DNA of 64,000 nucleotides, taken from positions 124,001 through 188,000 of IMG/VR virus record IMGVR_UViG_3300044712_001937. One strand, given 5' to 3'. Below, piece by piece: positions 28,410-37,397 of the stretch. Each line of letters opens with the position of its first letter. Position 1 is the first letter of the stretch. A program made the position numbers and the translations under genes. Below the pieces are notes generated by a model. The model saw nothing but the letters and a program-made list of their open reading frames with translations. It did not search any database and had not been told where the DNA came from.

Positions 28410-28763
28410 ATGTACAGAATTACATATGAACAGGGTAATGGCTATCGTTGTGGCTGTTGCAGAAGAACAAGTGTTGAGACTATTGATTTAGTATCTGAAG
28501 AAGAAGTTTTTGATTGGATTGAAGAACTTCATGCATCATTTAAATTTCCAAATTGGGAAGATGAAGATGACCGAGAATTATTGTCTATTGAAAGAGAAAT
28601 TGGTGTTGATATTTCAGACCAATTTACCCCAAGACCTGATAAACTTGAAGCAAAAATTGCTGAAAGAAAAAATAAAATTGATGATAATAATAAAAAACGT
28701 GAATATGAAAATCGTCAATTAGAATATAAATTATATTTAGATTTAAAAAACAAATTTAATTAA
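28410..28763 (+). CDS. Hypothetical protein
   Basis: GYRCGCCR motif. Confidence 0.65.
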   Translation: MYRITYEQGNGYRCGCCRRTSVETIDLVSEEEVFDWIEELHASFKFPNWEDEDDRELLSIEREIGVDISDQFTPRPDKLEAKIAERKNKIDDNNKKREYENRQLEYKLYLDLKNKFN

Positions 28764-28765
28764 CT

Positions 28766-28801
28766 ATGAAAGATACATAGATACACTCCAGACCACCATA
28801 A
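28766..28801 (+). other. Amber-interrupted mini-ORF MKDT*IHSRPP* (putative regulatory leader)
   Basis: ATG AAA GAT ACA TAG ATA CAC TCC AGA CCA CCA TAA. Confidence 0.55.
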
Positions 28802-28863
28802 TAATATTCATAAGTAAGGTATCTTTTTTCATAACATAAGTATTTATATCAAAATTAATACTT

Positions 28864-29625
28864 ATGATAAATAAATTAAATTTAAAAGAAGGTGCTTATT
28901 ACATTGGTACATGTAGAAATACTAATATTGCTAAATGGTTTAATGGTAAATTTGTTTTTATTAATAGAAATTTTAATGAATTGTATGTAGAAACAATACC
29001 ATATTTCGGAGATGTAAAAAAAGAAAATAGTGATGGATTTATTCCCATTGAAGAAATAAAAATAAATTTTGATAATATTAGTGAAGAGAAGAATATTCAA
29101 GATTATAAAAATTATGCAAGAAAAATATATCTTAATTTATCTTCTGAAGATTTAACTAATGAAATTTGGAAAGAAATCCCAAATTATGAAGGTTTATATT
29201 ACGTTTCCAATTTAGGCAGAATAAAAAAATATGACAATAATAAAATAATGAGACAAAATTTTTGTCGAGAATATTTAGTTGTTGGATTAACTGATTATAA
29301 TCGCAAACGTAACACATGCAGGGTACATAGATTAGTTGCATTAACATTTAAAAAAAATAATGATGATACATTAGAAGTAAATCATATTAACGGAATAAAA
29401 ACTGATAATAGAGAAATTAATTTAGAATGGATTAGTCATTCAGAAAATTCTAAACATACTTATATTTCAGGAAATAAAATAAAAAAATTAACTCCTGAAA
29501 TGGTCGTAGATATTAAAAAAATGTTAAATAAAGGAGAAATCCAAAAAAATATTGCAAAAAAATATAATGTAGCTTGTAGTACAATATGTGAAATAAATAA
29601 AAATAAAAAATGGACAAATATTTAA
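28864..29625 (+). CDS. NUMOD4-HNH homing endonuclease with N-terminal extension
   Basis: EIWKEIPNYEGLYYVSNLGRI; VHRLVA; VNHINGIKTDN...NLEW. Confidence 0.9.
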   Translation: MINKLNLKEGAYYIGTCRNTNIAKWFNGKFVFINRNFNELYVETIPYFGDVKKENSDGFIPIEEIKINFDNISEEKNIQDYKNYARKIYLNLSSEDLTNEIWKEIPNYEGLYYVSNLGRIKKYDNNKIMRQNFCREYLVVGLTDYNRKRNTCRVHRLVALTFKKNNDDTLEVNHINGIKTDNREINLEWISHSENSKHTYISGNKIKKLTPEMVVDIKKMLNKGEIQKNIAKKYNVACSTICEINKNKKWTNI

Positions 29626-29641
29626 ATAAATATACAATATT

Positions 29642-29965
29642 ATGGAAACAACAATAAATTTCGATATCATAAAAATTAAAGAAGATATCAAGAAAATGGT
29701 AGAATTACAAAAATTTTATAAAAATCAGAGAAAAACTGAAAAAATAATTGGTGAAAGAAAAATATCAGCAGATGAAGCTGCATATAAACATAAATCAAAT
29801 CGTGGTGATTTACGAGTAATGTATGCAGTATATGGTTTAGCTAAAGGTAAATGTTTTTCTCAAATTGAAAATCATTATCCGGAAGATAAACATCCGCTTA
29901 AAGATTATCAAAATTCTATTGATAGAAAATTAGAAAAATACATGATTGAAGTAGAAGTATCATAA
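29642..29965 (+). CDS. Conserved-looking phage protein
   Basis: LRVMYAVYGLAKGKCFSQIE motif. Confidence 0.7.
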   Translation: METTINFDIIKIKEDIKKMVELQKFYKNQRKTEKIIGERKISADEAAYKHKSNRGDLRVMYAVYGLAKGKCFSQIENHYPEDKHPLKDYQNSIDRKLEKYMIEVEVS

Positions 29966-29969
29966 AATA

Positions 29970-29997
29970 AGAAGGGAGTACAAACTCCCTTTTTTTA
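29970..29997 (+). terminator. Intrinsic terminator
   Basis: aagggagt-acaa-actccctt plus U-tract. Confidence 0.85.
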
Positions 29998-30105
29998 TTA
30001 TGTTATATGAAATTATTATTTAGATATTAGATAAAATATCTTGCATTTAGATAAAATTATTTTTATTTTTACACAAAATAATTAAAATATTTTATCTAAA
30101 TTAAT

Positions 30106-30402
30106 ATGGAAGAAAAGGAAAATATCGTAATCGACACATTAGGAAATATTGATAATTCTAATATCACTGAAGAAATTGAAAAAGAAATTGCTGAAGAAGA
30201 AATTATTTCATCTAATTCTTCCGATGAAGCAGAAGAAAATAAAGAACTTTCTGAAGAAGAAAAACGTGAGAAATTTATTCAAGCATTAAAAGAATCTAAA
30301 AAAACTTATCATCCCAAAAAAGATTTTGGCACTACTTATAAAGCAAAACGTCAACGTAAAAATAGGGAAGCAAAAAAATCACGTAAAGCAAATCGTAAAT
30401 AA
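30106..30402 (+). CDS. Hypothetical protein, acidic N-terminus and basic C-terminus
   Basis: ORF composition. Confidence 0.7.
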   Translation: MEEKENIVIDTLGNIDNSNITEEIEKEIAEEEIISSNSSDEAEENKELSEEEKREKFIQALKESKKTYHPKKDFGTTYKAKRQRKNREAKKSRKANRK

Positions 30403-30405
30403 CTA

Positions 30406-30626
30406 ATGAAAATGGTAACTGGTACAACATCAGTTGAAAGTATCAACTTTTATCAAGTTGAACCTGACAGTCAATTTTTTCAGATATCGACCAAATTATT
30501 GAATATCTAAAATATCCTTATGAAAAAGAAGCATTAATTATGGCATTAGAAAATACTAAAAAAATGGGATATAAGATAAAGATAAAAAAATCATATAAAA
30601 AGGCAAATAAATGGAAAAAAATTTAG
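30406..30626 (+). pseudogene. Frameshifted paralog of 31280..31669
   Basis: After T6 run (30475-80) the -1 frame reads DIDQIIEYLKYP..ALENTKKMGY, matching IEQIIDYLKYP..ALENTKKNGY. Confidence 0.55.
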
Positions 30627-30629
30627 ATT

Positions 30630-31277
30630 ATGGAAATTAAAAAACCTGATATTTCATTCATTCCTGAAGATGAACTTAAAGAATATTATAATACTAATCC
30701 AGAAGTTCATTCTTGTGAAAAAAGAATGTTATTTAAAATTCCTGTTGGCGATATTCCTGAAGACCAGATAGAAGAATATATTAGAAATATTTCTTCAAAA
30801 ATTAAATATGGTGAATTAAATCATCCTGATTTTGGTAATATTACATTACCTTTTTTAAAAAATAAATTTAAGATGGAAAAAGAAGAAGTATATAGACGAA
30901 TTAATGGTGAATTAATATATCAGGATGTAAGGTGGGATAATGATATGAGACCTGATAATATTCCTGATGAAGATAAACCTGTTGCTGAATGGTTAAACTA
31001 TATTGAATTTCATTTAGAAAAAGCAAAAAATTGTAATTATCATTTAAAAAGACAATTAGCATTAGCTGAAATACGTAAAATAGCTGCTTTATCTGTAAAA
31101 GCATTAATAGTACATGGATGTCCTGAAAGAGATTTTACCAATGGAGAAATTATTTGGAAGAATAATAATTGGGTTAACAATAAAACTGGTGAACCTATAG
31201 CAAATCTAAATAATGATGAATGTAATCATGATTGTAATAATTGCGATTGTGATTGTAAAAAACAACAAGAAGAATAA
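30630..31277 (+). CDS. Hypothetical protein (MazG-like helical C-domain possible)
   Basis: EWLNYIEFHL...IRKIAAL.V.ALIVHGCPER. Confidence 0.65.
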   Translation: MEIKKPDISFIPEDELKEYYNTNPEVHSCEKRMLFKIPVGDIPEDQIEEYIRNISSKIKYGELNHPDFGNITLPFLKNKFKMEKEEVYRRINGELIYQDVRWDNDMRPDNIPDEDKPVAEWLNYIEFHLEKAKNCNYHLKRQLALAEIRKIAALSVKALIVHGCPERDFTNGEIIWKNNNWVNNKTGEPIANLNNDECNHDCNNCDCDCKKQQEE

Positions 31278-31279
31278 AT

Positions 31280-31669
31280 ATGATTACCGAATATGTAGAT
31301 ACTAAATATAATCAACTTGATGTTAATAAACAATCATTTGAAAACATTGAACAAATTATTGATTATTTAAAATACCCAATGTCATTTGATTTGAATTATT
31401 TGCTTGTTGCATTGGAAAATACTAAAAAAAATGGTTATGAATTGCATAAAAATGTAATTGTACCTGATAATACAAATCATAATGTTGATAATGGTATTAA
31501 AACTATTTTAAGTGCAATAAAAAGAAAGTATGATAAAAATACTTTTAATCCGGTTAATATTGGAAGCTGTTGTTGTGTAATTGATGCAAGTCACAATACT
31601 TGTGGTAATATTCATAATGAAGTTATAGTTCGTGACCCATATACATCATATTGTGCTCAAAATTATTAA
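31280..31669 (+). CDS. Hypothetical protein
   Basis: ORF. Confidence 0.6.
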   Translation: MITEYVDTKYNQLDVNKQSFENIEQIIDYLKYPMSFDLNYLLVALENTKKNGYELHKNVIVPDNTNHNVDNGIKTILSAIKRKYDKNTFNPVNIGSCCCVIDASHNTCGNIHNEVIVRDPYTSYCAQNY

Positions 31670-31671
31670 TT

Positions 31672-31902
31672 ATGGCTTATTACGATTATTTTAACCAAAA
31701 AAAACCATCAAGATGGAAACGATTTATTTGGGCAATAACTCCTGATTGGTGGGATGATTTATGGTGGGAAAAAAATAGTTTTGGAAATCATGATATTGTT
31801 TTTGGTGGAGAATATCGTATTGTTAAAACTTTTAAAACAGGAAACCTTGCTCTTATAATAGCAATAGGAACTTTAATCGCTTTTATAATTTATATTTCAT
31901 GA
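31672..31902 (+). CDS. Small membrane protein
   Basis: Trp-rich with C-terminal TM helix. Confidence 0.55.
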   Translation: MAYYDYFNQKKPSRWKRFIWAITPDWWDDLWWEKNSFGNHDIVFGGEYRIVKTFKTGNLALIIAIGTLIAFIIYIS

Positions 31903-32267
31903 ATAATATTGATTTAAATAATACATATTGGGACGATGTAATTGGATTCGTCAGTGAAATTTTAGATGGTGGAGGTGTTGATAGACGCTGGATATTACGA
32001 GAAATTGGAACTAATAAACCATTAGGTTCATTAAGAATTGTATCTCATCCAGATTGTCCACCGGGACAACTTCGTTCATTTTTCACATATGTTACTTCAA
32101 TTAGAAAAAAAACTAAAGAAGAAAAAATGCAAACTACTGAAGATTATCAAGTAGATTTAATGGAATTAGAAGTATTCTCAATTAGTGATGATATTAAAAC
32201 TGAAAGTTTAAAACATGAAGCACCTTTTAGAGAATTTGAAAATTGGTTTGGAGTAAAGATATTTTAA
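31899..32267 (+). CDS. Hypothetical protein
   Basis: ORF. Confidence 0.65.
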   Translation: MNNIDLNNTYWDDVIGFVSEILDGGGVDRRWILREIGTNKPLGSLRIVSHPDCPPGQLRSFFTYVTSIRKKTKEEKMQTTEDYQVDLMELEVFSISDDIKTESLKHEAPFREFENWFGVKIF

Positions 32268-32287
32268 TAATTAACTAATATAAAACA

Positions 32288-33187
32288 ATGGAAACTACTG
32301 ATTTAGTAAAAAATGCAATAATGGAAAAAGAAGAAAATAAAGGAAAAGATTTTACAGCAACCACTGGTAAAGGTGGTGGTTTAAGATTTAACAAAGGTAA
32401 ACTAAGATATGATTTAGTTCAACCAAGAGCACATCAGGATATGGTAGAAGTATTAACAGATGGTGCTAATAAATATTTCGCAAGAAATTGGGAAAATGGT
32501 TTATCTTGGACATCTGTAATTGCAAGTCTTAAAAGACATATATGTGCTATTGAAAAAGGAGAAGATTATGACCCTGAAAGTGGTAGATTGCATATTGCAC
32601 ATGCAGCATGTAATGTTCATTTTTTAAATGCATTTTATTATATATTTCCACAAGGTGATGATAGACCTAAACGTTTTTTAAAAACGCCTAAAATTGGATT
32701 AGATATTGATGGTGTTTTAGCTGATTTTTCAGGTTCTTGGTCAACACTTTATCCAGAAATTCAAGCTCAACCTAATTCATGGTTTTTTGATAGGAAAATT
32801 AGTGAAAGATTTAATATAATGCGTGAAAACGGTGAGTTAGATGAATTTTATTTGAATTTAAAACCATTAATTAATCCAGAAGAATTGCCTTTTGAACCAT
32901 GTTGTTATATTACATCAAGACCTGTTGATAGTAAAATCACAGAACAATGGCTTGATAAAAATAATTTTCCATGTAAACCTGTAATTTCTGTTGATATCAG
33001 AAAAAGTAAAGTAGAAGTTGCTAAAGAACAAGGTATTGAGTTTTTTATTGATGATTCATATGAAAATTTTGTTGATTTAAATAATAATGGCATATTTACT
33101 TATTTATATACTACATCTTGGAATAAAAGGTATGATGTAGGTCATATGCGCTTAAATTGTTTAAAAGATTTACCATTTCTTAAATAA
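32288..33187 (+). CDS. dATP/dGTP diphosphohydrolase (DUF5664-like) fused to HAD 5'-nucleotidase
   Basis: KLRYDL...GANKY..RNW..G..W...SLKRH...DPESG.LHIAHAACN; then LDIDGVLADF, ITSR, FIDD. Confidence 0.85.
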   Translation: METTDLVKNAIMEKEENKGKDFTATTGKGGGLRFNKGKLRYDLVQPRAHQDMVEVLTDGANKYFARNWENGLSWTSVIASLKRHICAIEKGEDYDPESGRLHIAHAACNVHFLNAFYYIFPQGDDRPKRFLKTPKIGLDIDGVLADFSGSWSTLYPEIQAQPNSWFFDRKISERFNIMRENGELDEFYLNLKPLINPEELPFEPCCYITSRPVDSKITEQWLDKNNFPCKPVISVDIRKSKVEVAKEQGIEFFIDDSYENFVDLNNNGIFTYLYTTSWNKRYDVGHMRLNCLKDLPFLK

Positions 33188-33278
33188 TTTTTAATCTTTT
33201 ATTTTAGTTGTTTATAGTTTAAGTGTTCTTTTTTAGTATTTATTAATAAAATCACTATAAACAACTAATTAAAAAGTT

Positions 33279-33917
33279 ATGACTGATATCTTAAATGATA
33301 TTATTGATAATATTAAATTAAAACCAAATAAATGGAAAATTCTTAATAAATGGATTATTAGGATTTCAATTATATTAATAGGCTGTGCATTTGTTATTGG
33401 TCAAATTAAAGTTATTAATTTAAATAGAATATCTAAATTAGAAGAAAAGGTTGATGAAAATACCATTGCAACTAATAAAGTACGTGATGATTTAAATAAA
33501 AATTTTGATTTACTTAATCATCGTATTGATAAAGTATATGATGATGGATATTATTCATTTAATGAATATCAAATTTATACTAAAAAACAAATAGGGTTAA
33601 TAATCGATTATAGTAATACTAATAAAGATTTACTTAAACAAATGATTGATTTAAATGGATATGAAATTAATAAACAAATTCAAAATAATTTAGAAAAATC
33701 AAAAAATAAAAACATATTAATTAAACCTGTCGCTAATCTAAATTATCAAAATTTAATGATTACAATTAATGATAATGATGACACTATTTTTTATGTAACA
33801 GGTGCAATAAAAAAATATCTCGACTCATTATTAATTGATGATAGATATAAAATCATTAATGCATATATAAATAAAGGAAATAGTGCATTATTTGATATTG
33901 AATTTACAAATAAATAA
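33279..33917 (+). CDS. Single-TM coiled-coil protein
   Basis: TM helix near N-terminus. Confidence 0.65.
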   Translation: MTDILNDIIDNIKLKPNKWKILNKWIIRISIILIGCAFVIGQIKVINLNRISKLEEKVDENTIATNKVRDDLNKNFDLLNHRIDKVYDDGYYSFNEYQIYTKKQIGLIIDYSNTNKDLLKQMIDLNGYEINKQIQNNLEKSKNKNILIKPVANLNYQNLMITINDNDDTIFYVTGAIKKYLDSLLIDDRYKIINAYINKGNSALFDIEFTNK

Positions 33918-33922
33918 AAATA

Positions 33923-34567
33923 ATGAAACTTTGTATAATATCTGACACTCATAATAAACATAAACATCTTGGTGTTTTACCCGAAGCTGATGTTATTATT
34001 CACTGTGGTGATTTTACTTCAGTTGGAAAAGAACATGAAGTTGAAAACTTCATGAAATGGTTTAGTAAATTAGACCAATATAAATATAAAATTATTATCG
34101 CAGGTAATCATGATTGGTTGTTTGAAAAAAATGGAATTCTTGCCAGAGATTTAGTACCTAAAAACGTAATTTATTTGGAGGATAATGAAGCAATTATTGA
34201 AGGATTTAAATTTTACGGAACACCAGTTCAAAAAAGATTTTGTGATTGGGCATTTAACCGTGATGAGCATATTCTTCAAAAACATTGGAATGCAATTCCT
34301 GATGATGTTGATGTGTTAATAACACATGAAACTCCATATACAATATTAGATTATGTTCCTTGGAGTAATAAACATGAAGGTTCTGCTTCACTATATTCTG
34401 AAGTTGTTGGAAGAATTAAACCTATGATTCATTGTTTTGGACACATTCACGAAGGATATGGAATTAGAATTATTGGTGATATACGTTTCATTAATGCATC
34501 AAATTTAAATGGTGATTATGAATGTGTAAATGCACCAGTTATAGAAATAATAAAAAAGCCAGAATAA
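33923..34567 (+). CDS. Calcineurin-like metallophosphoesterase (MPPED-type)
   Basis: SDTH, HCGDFT, AGNHD, ITH, FGHIHE. Confidence 0.92.
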   Translation: MKLCIISDTHNKHKHLGVLPEADVIIHCGDFTSVGKEHEVENFMKWFSKLDQYKYKIIIAGNHDWLFEKNGILARDLVPKNVIYLEDNEAIIEGFKFYGTPVQKRFCDWAFNRDEHILQKHWNAIPDDVDVLITHETPYTILDYVPWSNKHEGSASLYSEVVGRIKPMIHCFGHIHEGYGIRIIGDIRFINASNLNGDYECVNAPVIEIIKKPE

Positions 34568-34580
34568 TCTGGCTTTTCTT

Positions 34581-35003
34581 TTATACAATAGTTTTAGTTG
34601 TAGTAGTTTTAGGTGGTACTAATTGTAAGAATATCAATAAAACTCTCACCCATTCTGCATTATAAATTACATTTGAACTTGCAGCAAATCCTATTATTAC
34701 TGATATTAATCCATATATGTTAATTTCATTAAAAATTCCCACATGAAAATACCAACCAAGCACACCCATAATTAACGCGACAACCCAACTTGTAATACTT
34801 CTTCCTAATGATGATAAGTTTTTCAAAATATATTTTGTAACAAGTCCTGTAAGAATTAATACTCCGGCACTAAAACTTGCAATTGTTGTAAATAATAAAT
34901 TAAAATCAAATTGAGAAGTAGCAATATCATTGGTTTGCCCAAAAATTGCTATTGGTGATAATAACAATAAAATTGTTAATAGATACTTAAATATTTTTTT
35001 CAT
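34581..35003 (-). CDS. Multi-TM membrane protein (holin-like)
   Basis: Signal/TM plus three hydrophobic helices. Confidence 0.6.
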   Translation of the reverse strand: MKKIFKYLLTILLLLSPIAIFGQTNDIATSQFDFNLLFTTIASFSAGVLILTGLVTKYILKNLSSLGRSITSWVVALIMGVLGWYFHVGIFNEINIYGLISVIIGFAASSNVIYNAEWVRVLLIFLQLVPPKTTTTKTIV

Positions 35004-35112
35004 AATTATATTTTTTTCATAAATACATATAAAATATTATTTTAAAACATAACTTTTCAAATATTTTCATCTATTTATTACTAAAATTATTATAATTAAT
35101 ATAGTTATTAAC

Positions 35113-35439
35113 GTGAATATCAGTGAATTATTTGAAAAAATTCAAGACCAGTTAAATATTGATGATTTGAATGGTGAATTTACATTACATGGAAATTGTA
35201 TTGTATGGTTATTTAATTTAGAAAATAATTGTGAAGAAATTGAAATTTCTGAAAATGATGATGATGAATTTGATTTTTACTCAAGTGATGTAAGTAGTAC
35301 AGAAGAACTATTACAAGAAGCATATAATAGTGATTTAGAAATGTTAAATGAACTACTTGATGAGTTGGAAGAAATTGATAATTGGAATACTTCAGATTAT
35401 GAAATCGTAGAAAATACAATTTCTTTTAAAATTTTCTAA
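35113..35439 (+). CDS. Highly acidic small protein
   Basis: Asp/Glu-rich, almost no Arg/Lys. Confidence 0.65.
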   Translation: MNISELFEKIQDQLNIDDLNGEFTLHGNCIVWLFNLENNCEEIEISENDDDEFDFYSSDVSSTEELLQEAYNSDLEMLNELLDELEEIDNWNTSDYEIVENTISFKIF

Positions 35440-35498
35440 ATTTATGCAACTATTAAGATTAGTTTTCGTAAATTTGTAAGAAAACTAATCTTAATATT

Positions 35499-36521
35499 AT
35501 GGGTGGTCGTGCATTAAAACAATATGGTGTTGAAACTGAAAGAAAAAACACTGATGAATTTCTTAAAATTGGTAATGAAATTCAAACACAAATTAATTTA
35601 AGCTTTGCAGGTTTGTTAGAATCTACAATAGTAACCTGTTACCATTCAAAAGCAGACCACGGAGATTTAGATGTTCTTTTGAAAATTACACATGATTTTC
35701 ATAACAAGAATGTTAATCTTAGAGAATATATCCAAAACACATTTAAACCTAATGCCATTAATAATAATGGTGGTGTGTATTCTTTTGATTATAAAAATTT
35801 TCAAATTGATTTTATCCCAATTAAAGAATCAAAATGGGAAACAGCTAAAATTTATTTTTCATACGACCCATTAGGCAATATTATGGGTAAAACCTTTCAT
35901 AAATTTGGATTATCTTATGGATGGGATGGTTTATTTTATAAATTTAGAAACTTTAATGGTACAAATTCACAAGATATTTTACTTACTACTGATATAAGAA
36001 AAATCTTTGAATTTGGTGGATATGATTTTGATAGATATCTTCTTGGATTTGAAACATTAGAAGACATTATAAAATTCTGCATCGATGGAAAATATTTTGA
36101 TTCTGAAATGTTTGAGATGGAAAATCTCAATCATATTGATAGAAAAAGAAATCGTAAACGTGGTTCATATCATCTATTTTTAAATTATCTTAAGGATAAT
36201 AATATTACAACTAAATTTGAATTTAAAAAGAATAAAGTAGATTATATTCCATTAATAAATCAAACATTCCCGGAAGCTAATTTTTTAGAAAAATTAAATA
36301 TTTTAGCTGAAAAAGATAGACAGAATAAAATTTTAGCTCAAAAATTCAATGGCGATTTAGTTATGTCTTGGCTTCCTGATTTAAAAGGAAAAGAATTAGG
36401 TAAGGTTATAACTGATTTTAAAGTAGCATTAGGTGATGATTATAATGATTTTATCTTGAATAATAATTATGATGTTATCCGGAACTATTTCATGGAAATT
36501 TATAATGGAAACAATAAGTAA
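35499..36521 (+). CDS. Pol-beta superfamily nucleotidyltransferase (phage type)
   Basis: MGGRAL...K.DHGDLDVL...QIDFI. Confidence 0.75.
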   Translation: MGGRALKQYGVETERKNTDEFLKIGNEIQTQINLSFAGLLESTIVTCYHSKADHGDLDVLLKITHDFHNKNVNLREYIQNTFKPNAINNNGGVYSFDYKNFQIDFIPIKESKWETAKIYFSYDPLGNIMGKTFHKFGLSYGWDGLFYKFRNFNGTNSQDILLTTDIRKIFEFGGYDFDRYLLGFETLEDIIKFCIDGKYFDSEMFEMENLNHIDRKRNRKRGSYHLFLNYLKDNNITTKFEFKKNKVDYIPLINQTFPEANFLEKLNILAEKDRQNKILAQKFNGDLVMSWLPDLKGKELGKVITDFKVALGDDYNDFILNNNYDVIRNYFMEIYNGNNK

Positions 36522-37392
36522 AGGTAAAGTAAAAAATCATACGCTTAAAGTTGGAAGTAAAAATCTTAATTCCGAAAATTGGAAAGTTTTTAATCCAAAT
36601 GGTAAACATATGTTTACTTGTGGTGAAAGAAAAGCATTATGGTATTTAGATAGAAATTTAGCAAAACGTATTGGTTCAAAGTCAATTGAGTTAACTTTTA
36701 AACCTAAAGGTAATGGATATGAAGATAACGAAATCTTTGGTCGATGTTCACGAATAACAAGATGTGTTGTTACGGGGTTATTAATTGACCTACAAAGACA
36801 TCATATAGTTCCGTATTGCTATCGCACGTATTTTCCAGAAGCATATAAATCTAAAAATCATCATGATGTGGTTCTTATTAATCACTTAACTCATGCAGAA
36901 TATGAACAAATTGCTAATGATTTTAAAGATGAAATTGCACAAATATATGGTGTTAAAACTATTAGTGAATTAAATACTGAATATACTGCCAAACTTAGAG
37001 AAATTGGTAAAAGAAATTCAATATTGTTGAATACTATTCATTCAATATTTAAATCATTTAATAAACTTCCAAATTCAGTTATTCTTGAAAAACTTAAATT
37101 TATTTCAGATGAAACTGAAATTCCATTTGATTTAGTTAAAACATTTAACTATATTCAACTTTATAAATTATATACTATAATAAAAAAACAACATATTCAA
37201 GAAGTATATGATTTCAAAGATAAAAATAGATTTCTATATGACCACGGATATCATGTAGTACAAAAATTAGATAATGATGAAAAAATGGGTGAATTTGTTA
37301 AAATATGGCGTAAACATTTTATCAATACAATGAAACCAAAATTCATGCCTAAAGGTTGGTCTATTGATTTCAGAGTAAAAACAAAAATTTAA
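36505..37392 (+). CDS. HNH-like protein resembling the EXD2 C-terminal domain
   Basis: VFNPNGKHMFTC..KALWYL..LA; CVVTG...RHHIVPYCYR.YFP..KSKNHHDVVL; W..HF...MKPKF.P.GW. Confidence 0.7.
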   Translation: METISKGKVKNHTLKVGSKNLNSENWKVFNPNGKHMFTCGERKALWYLDRNLAKRIGSKSIELTFKPKGNGYEDNEIFGRCSRITRCVVTGLLIDLQRHHIVPYCYRTYFPEAYKSKNHHDVVLINHLTHAEYEQIANDFKDEIAQIYGVKTISELNTEYTAKLREIGKRNSILLNTIHSIFKSFNKLPNSVILEKLKFISDETEIPFDLVKTFNYIQLYKLYTIIKKQHIQEVYDFKDKNRFLYDHGYHVVQKLDNDEKMGEFVKIWRKHFINTMKPKFMPKGWSIDFRVKTKI

Positions 37393-37397
37393 AATTT

